Assembly (NCBI GenBank): GCA_052327205.1
Contig: CM126206.1
Location: forward strand, 300,204,001 to 300,268,000
Length of the DNA stretch: 64,000 nucleotides
Source: Somniosus microcephalus
Lineage: Eukaryota
Direction of reading: 5' to 3'
This document shows, in pieces, positions 50,938 to 63,245 of the stretch. Made by a program: the position numbers and the translations under genes. Positions within the stretch are counted from its first letter, which is position 1. Each line of letters begins with the position of its first letter. The notes beneath the pieces were generated by a model, which saw nothing but the letters and a program-made list of their open reading frames with translations, did no database searches and was not told the origin of the DNA.

Positions 50938-51795
50938 TGGATCTGGGGGTCCTGGTGCACGAAACTCAAAAGGTTAGTATGCAGGTGCAGCAAGTGATTA
51001 AGAAGGCCAATGGAATGTTGGCTTTCATTGCTAGGGGGATAGAATATAAAAATAGGGAGGTATTGCTTCAGTTGTACAAGGTATTGGTGAGACCGCACCT
51101 GGAATACTGCATCCAGTTTTGGTGTCCATACTTAAGAAAGGACATACTTGCTCTCGAGTCAGTACAAAGAAGGTTCACTCGGTTAATCCCGGGGATGAGG
51201 GGATGGACATATGAGGAGAGGTTGAGTAGATTGGGACTCTACTCATTGGAGTTCAGAAGAATGAGAGGCGATCTTATTGAAACATATAAGATTGTGAAGG
51301 GGTTGGATCGGGTGGATGCAGGGAAGATGTTCCCGATGATGGGTGAAACTAGAACTAGGGGGCATAGTCTTAGAATAAGGGGCTGCTCTTTCAAAACTGA
51401 GATGAGGAGGAACTACCTCACTCAGCGGGTGGTAGGTCCATGGAATATGCTGCCCCAAAAAGCTGTAGAAGCTACATCATTACATAAATTTAAAACAGAA
51501 ATAGACAGTTTCCTAGAAGTAAAGGGAATTAAGGGTTACAGGGAGCGGGCAGGAATTTGGACATGTGTCGAGGTTCGGATCGGTCATGGCCCTGTGGGTA
51601 GCGGAGCGGGCCCAGGGGCCGTGTAGCCTGATCCTGCTCCTATTTCGTGTGTCTAATTCTGTTAGATTCAGGAGATGGTTCTGTGATAGTGGATTGGCAG
51701 TTAGGATCAGATCAGCCATGATCTTATTGAATGGCGGAGCAGGCTCGAGGGGTCAATTGGCCTACTCCTGCTCCTATTTCTTATGTTCTTATGTT
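50938..51795 (+). mobile_element. 5'-truncated CR1 with duplicated 3' UTR
   Basis: ORF 50955-51626 is the RT C-terminus; tail tcttatgttcttatgtt. Confidence 0.92.
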
Positions 51796-52182
51796 ATCAG
51801 ACTTGAGCTGCGTTACATCAGAAAAAGCTGGCTGCAGACTTCCTCTACCTACTTGAAAGGCTAATGACTTGTAGTTCGAGAACCTTACTGGTGTAATACT
51901 TATGTTCATTTCTATATCCACATCTGGCCCAAGCTAGACTATACGAATTTTATTAGGAATAATCCGTGGTAGCATTTGTTTTAGTCTCAAATCACAGAAT
52001 TCGGAGGAAGCAGGCAGTTCTCAATTTTTGGGTTGCTGACCTCAAAAAAAAAAAAAAAAAAGCTCAACCGTACTGTTCTATTTATTATTCTGTTCTACAT
52101 TTTACATTCTCAAAATATAAAATCCTTTTGATGATGAAGTATGAAGGGTGGAAAATTTATAAACTGCAGTGTAAAGAATAAC

Positions 52183-52259
52183 CTTGGTTGTAGTGTTGGT
52201 TGACTTTTGAAGTCTCCAGCTGTCTTCTGAATGACCTCTTTGGCAGTTCTCATGCTCAG
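52183..52259 (-). CDS. 77-nt internal coding exon of the unidentified gene
   Basis: ttgttcttccacag|CTG…CCA AG|gttatt; LSMRTAKEVIQKTAGDFKSQPTLQP(R); phase 0 to 2, bridging 61132 and 37007 in frame; donor is weak. Confidence 0.7.
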
Positions 52260-52707
52260 CTGTGGAAGAACAAGCATACCACGTCTACTGGAGCCAAGTT
52301 TAAATCCAATCTGATCAGATTCTCAAACAAGATTGTATCCCACTTTAGAGTTGACTTTAACCATTTTTGCACTGCGATTTAAAATACAGTATTGTGTTTA
52401 AACAATTGTCTAAAATTAAATTTTACCCAAGACTATAGTTTTTAGACAGTTCATGGCCATTTAAAGACAGATTACTGACTTTGTGAATAGGCAGCATTTA
52501 AGGTGAAATACTATAACATGAGTAATTTGGGTCAAAGTCAGTGTCTAATGTCCATTCTGGAAAGTAATATATTGCATTGGTCTGGAGGCTATATTTATGT
52601 TTGTTTTCCACAATGCTCTTCTGGCTAGGCATACATTGTATCCATTTTTCTGCTAGGGGTTATGACCTATTCTTTGATGGTATAATGGTGCTATTATGCT
52701 ATAATGG

Positions 52708-52925
52708 TCCTGGCCAATATTTATCCCTCAATCAACACAACAAAAACAGTTTATCTGGTCAGTATCACATTGCTGTTTGTGAGAGCTTGCTGAGCGCAAA
52801 TTGGCTGCTGCGTTTCCCACATTACAACAGTGACTACACTCCAAAAAAACTTCATTGGCTGTAAAGCGCTTTGGGATGTCCAGTGGTCGTGAAAGACGCT
52901 GTATAAATGCAAGTCTTTCTTTTCG
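52708..52925 (+). mobile_element. Deu-SINE 3' half
   Basis: cctggccaatatttatccctcaatcaac…gctgtataaatgcaagtctttc. Confidence 0.75.
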
Positions 52926-54217
52926 TTTCTTATTCATCTATTTTCCCTGATGTTCCTGCGAGTCTTATCATGCTTGCCAACTGAGCTATTTTTGGTCCTT
53001 CTGATTCAGCCTATTCACATTTCAAGTAGCACAGGACATCCAAATTTATAGAAATATTAATCCCTAATATGTCATAGAGAATCAAAAATAGTAAGAGGCA
53101 AGAAAACTCAGTCAGCAAGTTTAGACTACTATTGAAAGATTTTGTACTAAGGAACCGTAATATTATTATTTCCATAGCATGCATCTCGCGTATTACATAG
53201 GTACTATACAATATGGTACATTAAAGACCAAATAATCAACCTCCTGTCATTAATACAGATGAATGAGAAAAAATATGCAATATAATGATTCTAGCTTGTC
53301 ACAATATTCATTTCAGGACATTGCTCTTGCGCTCCTAACACGGGGTTACATCTGAACCTGTCAGAAATCCTTTAAGAAATCTTGAAAATTGGGTCCCATG
53401 GGGTTATGCACCTGGTTAAATACAAAATCTATGGTTTACTGTTACTGCACTATATCCCATGGCTATATTTTGCACAGGTTCTGTGATAATGATTGAATAA
53501 ACATCGGGATTCTTTAAATTCAGTATGGTAATTTAACATTATGCATCAGTTACCTGGCTTATGAGCCGCTTATGTTTCAATCATGAGCTTTTTTACCATT
53601 CCCTTCTATATTATGATGAAATGGGTGAAGTACTAACTTGAAACTGATGTAGCCTAGTCAACCAAATTTATAATGGATTGATAATTGTTTGTTAAGTTAA
53701 TATATTTTTGAAGACTCCGGTGCCAAAAATAAAGGTCTCTGCTTTGATTTTTACCTCTGAGAAGGTCAGAATAAATTACACAATAACTCAAGGATCACGT
53801 GATGGATCAGAACAAAATTTGGTTATGTAACAAGAAGTTTTTTCAAGTAATGATGAAGTTGTCAAGGAAGAGACTCGTTGAACAAGCTATGTAAGGAAAA
53901 CTCTACAAGAATCAGAGAACACATTTGACTTAAAAGATGTAGTATCTCTGAGAAACTGGCCATTAAGATCATTAATTAAATAAAAACTCCGGACAATTTA
54001 GGTTCTGCACATGCTTCCAACTGGCACTGCATTCAGTACAGCAAAAATATAGTTGATTCCGACTAATGATACAGTTCAGGGAGATACTTTCCAACATAAA
54101 AAATAATTTCCCAATTATAACCAGATTCTAATTATACAGCACTTTATTTGGTTAGTCATAGGTTTCATTTGATAATTTAGAACTTCCATTCAGCCTTTAA
54201 GTTTCCTTGCACCATAC

Positions 54218-54285
54218 CTGAGCTGCAAATGTTTGAAGGAGACTTGCTTCAAGGCCACTACTAGTGATGCTCGATAAACTGACTG
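54218..54285 (-). CDS. Candidate 68-nt alternative exon, paralogous to 52183-52259
   Basis: Branch point ctaac, pyrimidine tract, cccag|CAG…CTC AG|gtatgg; QSVYRASLVVALKQVSFKHLQL(R); phase 0 to 2. Confidence 0.5.
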
Positions 54286-54789
54286 CTGGGAGGCACGTGG
54301 GAGAAGGTTAGGGTGACACATTCTCCACTTTTCCTCTGGCCCCGCTTGGTACCTTTGACAGTACAATGTCATTCATTATGTAAGGCAGCGCAAATGTAAA
54401 CTAACCACCCCCCATTTTGTAGCACAAGCTCCAACATGTTCAACTTGTTTTATTTTAAATCAGGTAGCCCCATTCAGTGGATAAGTGTACCATGTGATGA
54501 GGCATTGAGCTATGCAGAGCAGAAATGTCCCTGGTTTGATTCTTGCGGGTAATTTTTCAACTTCAGCGGGGGTGGAACATGGGCAGTAGTGGATCGGGAG
54601 CCCGTTATACACCCTGCCTGACTTTCCTTTTCATTGACTACATTGGCCCCTTGGTCTGTGCTCTTAGCCAGTGTGAGCCAAAGTGGGCCCACAATGTTTA
54701 AATGTAATGGCGCTCAATCTGAAAATTCCAGAGTCTCCCACATGGCAGCTGTCTCCCATTCTGCCAGAACATTTCACACCTAATCTAGA

Positions 54790-55040
54790 GCCGTCTTTTG
54801 TCTCCACTAGTCCTATCACCATCTCGTCTGGTTTTGAATACCTCTTAGTGTCTCTTCACTTCTTTTGTTCTCTCCCAGCCCTGCCTTTCGATCTATTTCA
54901 TTTCCTTTCCAGTTTTGAAAAAGGGTTTGACCCGAAACGTCGACTCTATTTTCTCTCCACGGATGTTGCCTGGCCTGCTGAGTTTTTCCAGCATTTTCTG
55001 TTGTTATTTTGGATTTCCAGCATCTGCAGTATTTTGCTAT
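54790..55040 (+). mobile_element. Penelope-like terminal-repeat fragment with mutated hammerhead core (54911-54945)
   Basis: agtt-TTGAAAA-agggtt-t-gaccc-GAAACGTC-gact followed by the family tail cctgctgagtttttccagcattttctg. Confidence 0.7.
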
Positions 55041-56397
55041 CGTACAGATATTTAGGACCTGGCAAAGAAATAATCTTGAGCCTAATTGCAAAATGAAGGC
55101 TCACAGAGAGAACAGTCAAACTCCAAAATTGGCAAGAAAATCCATTTTATTCTAAATCTTACAGGAGTTTTTTTATTCCCTTAAAGAGCCAGAAAATTGT
55201 AAATTATGTGGGAATTTTCTTATACCATATGCAATTCACAGTGGGTGTTCTCACTAAGAATTTGACCACAAAGCAACTTAACTATGTAAATTGCATATCA
55301 CATTTCAGTTTGTGTGTATGTGTCTTTTATTTTGATTTAAGCTCTATAGTTCCAGTGGCATGTAGTCCTTCGGTGCTCCAAAGTTGTGCCAGGCATGGGA
55401 GGATGTTGGTTCCTTAGCTCAGCATGTTCTCAAGGAAGGCAACTCGTGAAGGCTAGGCAATGCCTCACGGGGAGAAAGCGAGGGAAGGTTCAGTGGGCAT
55501 GTCAGCTCAGGCTATTCTTATGTATCATTTTGCAACTATTTACACAGAGCCATGCAGGAGGCCTGGGAGTGAGGCTGTTTGCTGTCTCACAGAGCATGAT
55601 ACAGTGTGAGGAGAAGTAAAATAAGGATGATAGCTTTTTTTTCAATCTTAGGCTAGCCCTGCAGTTTTAATGCTTAAAAGGGGAAAAGCGTTAACATTTT
55701 TGTCATGTCTGCAACAGTAATGGATACATGTAATTTTTTACAGTGCAACAGCAGTCTATTTTGCTCATTATGAATCTCGTGTGACTTCCTATTAGTTCAG
55801 TAGATGAGTGATACATCTGCTCATCTTCCCTACCCCCCTAAAAATCTGATTTAACCTTGTTAATATTTTTTATGATGAGCGGAGGATTGAATAGACATGA
55901 TTGAGCTCCGTTCGCGAGGAACCTCTGATAGCTTTAGTATTCACATCATTCAGCTGCAGCAAATTTTCTGTTCGGCCTTCAACATATCACCTGATTAAAT
56001 TCTTGCAACCCAATAAATTAATGATATACATCTAATTACTTTTCCAATGTTCTGTGAAGCCTCATTTGCCAGCTCTTCCCCCAATGACAAGCTTTCTCGC
56101 TCAATTGCTTTGTATTTTTCACCTGCCTTTTGCTCACTCTTCTGTGACCCCAGATGAAATGAACTACATTGCTTGCAAAAATGTAATTTCAAAAAGTTGC
56201 ATAGTCTGTGGGGGAGGGAAGTCTGCAGCAGAGCTATCCTGCTGTGTTTTAATTCTGGATCTGGGTGACATCTGATATCTCATCTTCAAATAAAGGGCCT
56301 CTTCAACAGATGTGATAGTGGGGAATAAGACATATTAGACAGAGATCTTTGATGTTATACACAAAGAGAGTCACTGACTACAGCAGCTGTGGTGAAT

Positions 56398-57515
56398 AAC
56401 AACAACAACAACTTGTATTTATATTGTGCCTTTAACGTAGTAAAATGTCCCAAGGCACTTCACAGGAGTGTTATCTATCAAAATTTAACACCGAGCCATA
56501 TAAGGAGATATTAGGGCAGATGCCCAAAAGCTTAATCAAAGAGGTAGGTTTTAAGGAGCGTCTTAAAGGAGGAGTGAGAGGTTGTGAGGTGGAGAGGTTT
56601 AGGGAGGGAATTCCAGAGCTCGGGGCCTCGGCAGCTGAAGGCACGGCCGCCAGTGGTGGAGCGATTAAAATCAGGGGTGCTCAAGAGGCCAGTATTATAG
56701 GAGCGCAGATATCTCGGAGGGTTGTAGAGCTGGAGGATAGGGAGGGGCGAGACCATGGAGGGATTTCAAAACAAGGATGAGAATTTTGAAATTGAGGCGC
56801 TGCTCAACTGGGAGTCAATGTAGGTCACCGAGCACAGGGGTGACGGGTGAACGGGACTTGTGCGCGTTAGGATATGGGCAGCAGAGTTTTGGATGACCTC
56901 AAGTTTATGGAGGGCGGTAGAGGGAGGCCAGCCAGGAGTGTGTTGCAATAGTCTAGTCTAGAGGTAACAAAGGCATGAATGAGGGTTTCAGCAGCAGATG
57001 AGCTGAGGCAGGGGCAGAGATGGGCGATGTTACGGAGGTGGAAATAGGCGATCTTACTGATGGCGCGGATATGTGGTCGGAAGCTCATCTCGGGGTTAAA
57101 TACGACACCAAGGTTGGGGGACACCAGAGGTAATGGTGCGAGCGTGGGAAGAGAAGCCATTGCAGGTGATTCTCTGGCTATGACTGGATAGATAGGAATG
57201 GAGCCAGGCGGGTGCAGCCCCACCCAGCTGGACGACGGTGGAGAGGCGTTGGAGGAGGATGGTGTGGTCAACTGTGTCAAAGGCTGCAGACAGGTCGAGA
57301 AGGACAAGGAGGGATAGTTTACCCCTGTCACAGTCACAGGGATGTCATTTGTGACTTTGATAAGAGCTGTTTCGGTACTGTAGCAGGGTGGAAACTTGAT
57401 TGGAGGGATTCAAACATGGAGCTGCGGGAAAGATGGGCGCGGATTTGGGAAGCGACCGCACGTTCAAGAATTTTGGAGAAGTAAGGGAGGTTGGAGATGG
57501 GGCGGTAATTTGCAA
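56398..57515 (-). mobile_element. L2-clade LINE RT and 3' fragment
   Basis: NYRPISNLP, LGVVF.PEMSF, FVTSRLDYCN; (CAA)n tail at 56398. Confidence 0.9.
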
Positions 57516-57544
57516 GGAATATGATGCACGGGATGTGATACATG

Positions 57545-58266
57545 GGGGTCGATTTTCCTGAAGCTGTCGGGAAGAAGGCGGGACTACAACTTTCGGGTTT
57601 TAGACCCGCCTACTTCGACGTCCGGCCAATCCGCACAATTTTCCCTTGTTGAGCCCGCCCAGCAGGCTCAGCAGGCCAATTAAGGGCCACCCGGCAATAA
57701 CCTGAGTCCTTCTGCACAGACTCAGTTAGAACTCTCAGCAGCACTCAAAGCTGAAGGCTGTCACTTTTCACAGATCGCAGCCGTTCAGCTTTAAGTGCTG
57801 GCTGAGTGATGGGCTCCCAACGGCTACAGGAAGAAAGGCTGTTAAGGTAAGTACAGGTAAGTAAAAGTTCTTTACACACTTTAGACACACCAAACACACT
57901 TACCTTTGCACTCATGCACCCATCATTCACCTGAGCACCTACATCGCGACCCCTCCAACTCCTTCAACCCGACGGCCCGCCTGCTCTAATCTGGCGTGGT
58001 TTGGAGCCATCGGGAATCCCACACGAAACCCCTCAAAATAGGGATTAGGCTAAAAACTGCCTGTTAACAGGCAGTTAATTGGCACTAATCCCTTCCCGCC
58101 TGGTTTCGGCGGGTCCCAGTGCGGGGTGGGCACCCGCCGCCCCTGAAACTTGCGTGGGGCGGGGTTTTGGGCGGGATGGTGTCGGGACCCCCAAATTCGG
58201 GATTTTGCCCCCCCCCCCCCCCACACGCCTGAAATCCCGCCTGACGGCTCCAAGAAAATCGACCCC
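57545..58266. mobile_element. PIF/Harbinger-type MITE
   Basis: TIRs ggggtcgattttc / gaaaatcgacccc; TSD ATG. Confidence 0.85.
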
Positions 58267-58826
58267 ATGATGTCAGAACGCACAACCAATATAACAATTA
58301 CACTTTGACATTGTTGTTTTAACAGAATGAAAATAATAATTTTGTAAACACCCCCCTTCCTCCCCTACCATTTTAGTGATGAAACAATACCCTTTTACCT
58401 CATTCAGCACCCTTCCAGAGATGTTAGGGTTTTTCTAAATTACGGCAACATTTTTGCCAGGAGCTTACTCATCTGCCTGTATTCTTTTAAAAATTATTAA
58501 CAGGCTATCTTGTAACTGCTGGAAAACGCCATAATTTAATTTGCATATTTTTGCCTCCATGAAGACAGTGGGCCCAAAATTCCTGTCAGAGTTAAGGGCG
58601 GAGAGTGGGAGGATTGCCTGCCGGCGGCTGTAATTTGGGGTTGAAACTGATTCTGTTGGGATTCCAACACATTTCTTAAAGATGGCCATTTTCAGGTGGG
58701 GTTGGGGGAGGGCAGGGGAAAGGACCACTCTTCCACCTAACCCCCCAATGTCAAGGGTGGGGTGGGGGGTGTCTGGGGGAGGTTCCAGGCTACCCGTGAA
58801 TGGCATTCATTCTATCCTTATAAGGG

Positions 58827-61010
58827 TAATTAGGGATAGCATAAGATCCAAGGAGAGGACATATAAATTGGCCAGAAAAAGCAGTAAACCTGAGGATTGG
58901 GAGCAGTTTATGATTCAACAAAGGAGGACAAAGGGATTAATTAAGAAGGGGAAAATAGAATATGAGAGTAAGCTTGTAGGGAACATAAAAACTGACTGTA
59001 AAAGCTTTTATAGATATGTGAAGAGAAAAAGATTGGTGAAGTCAAGCGTAGGTCCCTTGCAGTCAGAATCAGGGGAATTTATAATAGGGAACAAAGAAAT
59101 GGCAGACCAATTAAATACATATTTTGGTTCTGTCTTCACAAAGGAGGACACAAATAACCTCCCAGAGATGTCGGGGAACATAGGGTCTGATGAAAGGGAG
59201 GAACTGAAAGAAATCAGTATTTGTAGGGAAATGGAGTTAGGGCAATTAACGGGATTGAAGGCCGATAAATCCCCAGGGCCTGATAATCTACATCCTAGGG
59301 TACTTAAGGAAGTGGCCCTAGAAATAGTAGATGCATTGCTGATCATCTTCCAACATTCGATGGAATCTGGAACAGTACCCATGGATTGGAGGGTACCTAA
59401 CGTTACCCCACTATTTAAAAAAGGTGGTAGAGAGAAAACGGGGAATTATAGACCGGTAAGCCTGACATCGGTAGTGGGGAAAATGCTAGAGTCCATTATA
59501 AAAGATGTAATAGCAGAGCACTTGGAAAACAGTGACAGGATCGGACAAAGTCAACATGGATTTACAAAAGGTAAATCATGCTTGACTAATCTACTGGAAT
59601 TTTTTGAGGATGTAACTGGTAAAATAGATAAGGGAGAACCAGTAGATGTGGCGTATTTGGACTTTCAGAAGGCTTTCGATAAGGTCCCGCATATGAGATT
59701 AGCGTGTAAAGTTAAGGCACATGGGATTGGGGGCAAGGTATTGACTTGGATAGAGAACTGGTTGGCAGACAGAAAGCAAAGAGTTGGAATAAACGGGTCT
59801 TTTTCCGAGTGGCAGGCAGTGACTAGTGGGGTACCGCAGGGATCGATCCTTGGACCCCAGCTATTCACAATATATATTAATGTTCTAGACAAGGGAACTA
59901 GATGTAATATCTCCAATTTTGCAGACGACACAAAACTGGGTGGGCATGTGTGCTGTGAGGAGGATGCTGAGAAACTCCAGGATGATTTGGACAGGTTGGG
60001 TGATTGGGCAGAAGCATGGCAGATGCAATATAACGTGGATAAATGTGAGGTTATCCACTTTGGTGGCAAAAACAGGAAGGCAGATTATTATCTGAATGGC
60101 AATAGATTGGGAGAAGGGGAAGTGCAACAAGACCTGGGTGTCCTTGTGCACCAGTCACCGAAGGTAAGCATGCAGGTGCAGCAGGCGGTTAAGAAGGCAA
60201 ATGGTATGTTGGCCTTCGTAGCGAGAGGGTTTGAGTACAGGAGCAAGGATGTCTTGCTGCAGTTGTACAGGGCCTTGGTGAGACCACATCTTGAGTATTG
60301 TGTGCCGTTTTGGTCGCCTTATCTGAGGAAGGATGTTCTTGCCATGGAAGGAGTTCAGCGAAGATTCACCAGGCTGATACCTGGGATGGCAGGAATGACG
60401 TATGAGGAGAGATTGGGTCGATTGGGCTTATACTCATAGAGTCATAGAGTTTTACAGCGCAGAAAGAGGCCCTTCGGCCCATCGTGTCTGCGCCGTCCAT
60501 CAATCCCTGTCCAGCCTAATCCCATTTTCCAGCATTTGGTCCATAGCCTTGTATGCAATGGCATTTCAAGTGCCCATCCAAATGCTTCTTGAATGTTGGA
60601 GTTTAGAAGAATGAGAGGGGATCTCATTGAAACTTATAAAATTCTGACAGGACTGGACAGACTAGATGCAGGAAGGATGTTCCCAATGGTCGAGGAGTCC
60701 AGAACCAGGGGTCACAGTCTAAGGATAAGGGGTAAGCCATTTAGGACAGAGATGAGGAGGAATTTCTTCACCCAGAGAGTGGTGAACCTGTGGAATTCTC
60801 TACCACAGAAGGCAGTTGAGGCCAATTCATTAAATATATTCAAGAAGGAGTTAGATATATTTCTTAAGGCTAAAGAGATCAAGGGATATGGGGAGAAAGC
60901 AGGGACAGGGTACTGAATTTGGATGATCAGCCATGATCGCATTGAATGGCAGAGCAGCCTCGAGGGGCCGAATGGCCTACTCCTGTTCCTATCTTCTATG
61001 TTTCTATGTT
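58827..61010 (+). mobile_element. Young CR1, 5'-truncated, with a long open RT frame
   Basis: ORF 58682-60439 (CR1 part from IRDSIRSKE) with NYRPVSL, QGSILGP, FADD; continues in 60593-60916 after a nested insertion. Confidence 0.95.
60435..60597 (-). mobile_element. Short 3' end of another CR1 subfamily nested antisense in CR1
   Basis: catagagtcatagag tail; interrupts tactca|tggagtttagaaga (YSLEFRR). Confidence 0.75.
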
Positions 61011-61131
61011 TAAGCCCTCAACAGAACTTTTGCTAGCTGAGAGCTGGAATGAGTCCTGCTGAGGCCTTTTGAATGGTGCCAACCTTTAGAAGTCAAAGAA
61101 AATGGATCCTGGAGTAAATCGATTAGCTTAC

Positions 61132-61375
61132 TTTAAAAGAATCCCGGCTTCTGTTGGTGCTGAAGATCTTTTTGACAGTTGGTTTCTTTGGCCCAGGAAG
61201 GGCCTCAGATAGAGTGGCTCTTGGTTGTTCCACCTCAGAAGGACGGATTGGTGCAGGCATCACTGAAGTACCCATGCGGCACTGGCGGCTGGCCCTGACC
61301 ATGTAGAGGACTCTATCCGTGTAATTTGAGGCAGGGTCCATGGCCTTGTGCTTAGGCAGATGTGGAGGAATTCCA
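61132..61375 (-). CDS. 244-nt internal coding exon of the unidentified gene
   Basis: cattgtag|T GGA…TTT AAA|gtaagc; GIPPHLPKHKAMDPASNYTDRVLYMVRASRQ…STNRSRDSFK; phase 2 to 0; acceptor position is inferred. Confidence 0.72.
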
Positions 61376-61385
61376 CTACAATGTA

Positions 61386-61706
61386 CAGGAAACTTTGTGA
61401 TATCCGGCACCGACGGGACCGAGCTGTTGCCGTCCCATCAAAACTGCCGGACAAACCAGCGCTAATGTTAAAACATACGGAGCTTTTGAGCTCCGTATCT
61501 AGCAACAAACCCTGTGCTTCTAAACAGTCGGCCGTAGCTTGCAAGCGTCTCTGTAGCTAAGCAACAGCTTTAGCTAGACCTTGCAGAGCCTGACTGGTGA
61601 AAGAAAAGCAACGAAAAGAAAAAAAACTTACTGAACCGACTCCTGAATTTTGCCGGTGGATCGAGCATTCCGGACAGTTAACCTCCGGATAAACCAAAGT
61701 TTCCTG
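61386..61706. mobile_element. Tc1/mariner-type MITE
   Basis: TIR caggaaactttg / caaagtttcctg with TA duplication; family of 8481-8814. Confidence 0.85.
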
Positions 61707-61778
61707 TACTTGGAGTGGGACCCCTGGATTTCAGGCCCAGTGAATTTTGAATTTCCGCTCATGTCTGCATTGTATTGG
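61707..61778 (-). pseudogene. Stranded middle piece of the inferred ancestral exon
   Basis: In frame with the 61132-61375 exon once the MITE is removed: PIQCRHERKFKIHWA*NPGVPLQV; one TGA at 61733-61731. Confidence 0.5.
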
Positions 61779-62250
61779 GCAAAAATTTGGCAGATGGAGT
61801 ATAATGTGACAAAATGTGAGGTTATCCACTTTGGTAGGAAAAATAAAAAAGTAAATTATTATTTAAATGGAGAGAGACTACATAATGCTGTGGTACAGAG
61901 GGATCTGGGGGTCCTAGTACATGAAACACAAAAGGTTAGCATGCAGCTATAGCAAGTAATTAGGAAGGCAAATGGAATGTTGGCCTTTATTGCAAGGGGG
62001 ATGGAATATAAAAGTAGGGAAGTCTTGCTGCAACTCTACAGGGCGCTGGTGAGACCACACCTGAAGTACTGTGTGCAATTTTGGTCTCCTTATTTAAGGA
62101 GGGATATACTTGCATTGGAGGCAGTTCAGAGAAGGTTCACTAGGTTAATTCCTCAGATGAAGGGGTTGTTTTATGAAGAAAGGTTGAGCAGGTTGGGCCT
62201 ATATTCATTGGATTGTAGAAGAATGAGAGGTGATCTTATTGAAACATATA

Positions 62251-63245
62251 GGGGGAGAAATTCGGTATTGCCCATTTTGAGGCGCGATTATCGGCCGGGC
62301 GCAAAGTTTAGCGCCTGGCGCAAATTATCGCCGCCTACTGCAAAATTTGTCTCTATTGCCCCTGGAGGTGATTGGAGCATTAAATCAGGTGCTACACACC
62401 TCTCAAGGCGCTAAGCCGGAGGAACGGGGCGCTACCTCACAGCGCTGGCGAAGCTCATGTGATTTCAGTCAGCAATGGAACACAGACACACTGCCACCGT
62501 CCAATTCTTAAAGGGGAGTTCTGATGAATGATCATCGACCTGAAACCTTAACTCTGTTTCTCTCTTCACAGATGCTGCTTGACCTGCTGAGTATCTCCTG
62601 CATTTTCTGTTTTTATCTTAAAGGGGAGGGTTGATCTTGCCTTGCTCTCCATCCACATCCTGCTCATTGCAGCCTTGAATCTCGTCCTGAATCTCAGCCT
62701 GGAGAGACTTGTACATCAAATCTGCTGGAAGGAACAATGGAGAGAACCAGGGAAAGAGCTCAGAGTGCAGCCCCCATAGTCTCTTCTAACTCGATACAAG
62801 GAAGGGCAAATCAAAACCAACCTGCAAAACTCCTTCACACAGCGTTGAATCTCTCCAGAAGTCTGTCTCTCTCTCAGAATGCGTGGTGCAAAAATGTCAC
62901 CGACAAAAAAGGCAGGAAGCGGTCGCCTTTAAATAGCGCTCCCCTAGTCCCTTTCCGACAGCATAACGCTCCCCTCAACCTGTCGTTGCTAGCGGCAGGC
63001 GGTAAGGCAGGGGGCGCCACTCAATATCCGGTCCGGGGCGCTAACGGGGCGTTGCGCACTCGAATGACGTCACGATCTGCCGGCGCAGGAGATCGTGGCG
63101 GTATTGTTTAGCGCCGCCGCAAAATGTCCGCTCAATTTCGAGAGAGGCGCAGGTCTCGCCGCGCTCGGGTGCTAGTTGGTTAGCGCCCCACTTATCGCCC
63201 TCTTAAGGCGCTAACGGGTGGCGCTAACAACTAAATTTCTCCCCC
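62251..63245. mobile_element. GC-rich non-autonomous Harbinger element (sister of 34316-35402)
   Basis: TIRs gggggagaaatt / aatttctccccc; TSD ATA. Confidence 0.88.
62519..62615 (+). mobile_element. 97-bp Penelope-like fragment that starts at the hammerhead motif
   Basis: 13-bp TSD tcttaaaggggag (62506-62518, 62616-62628); absent from the sister element at ~34940. Confidence 0.8.

Noticed and set aside
55872-55930. Possible box C/D snoRNA (ATGATGA…CTGA with internal hairpin)
   Set aside because: Short, weak terminal stem, antisense to the host intron, no recognisable rRNA guide.
58682-58826. Novel N-terminal extension on the 585-aa RT ORF
   Set aside because: Chance read-through from a flanking GC-rich MITE-like sequence into a 5'-truncated CR1; no endonuclease domain.
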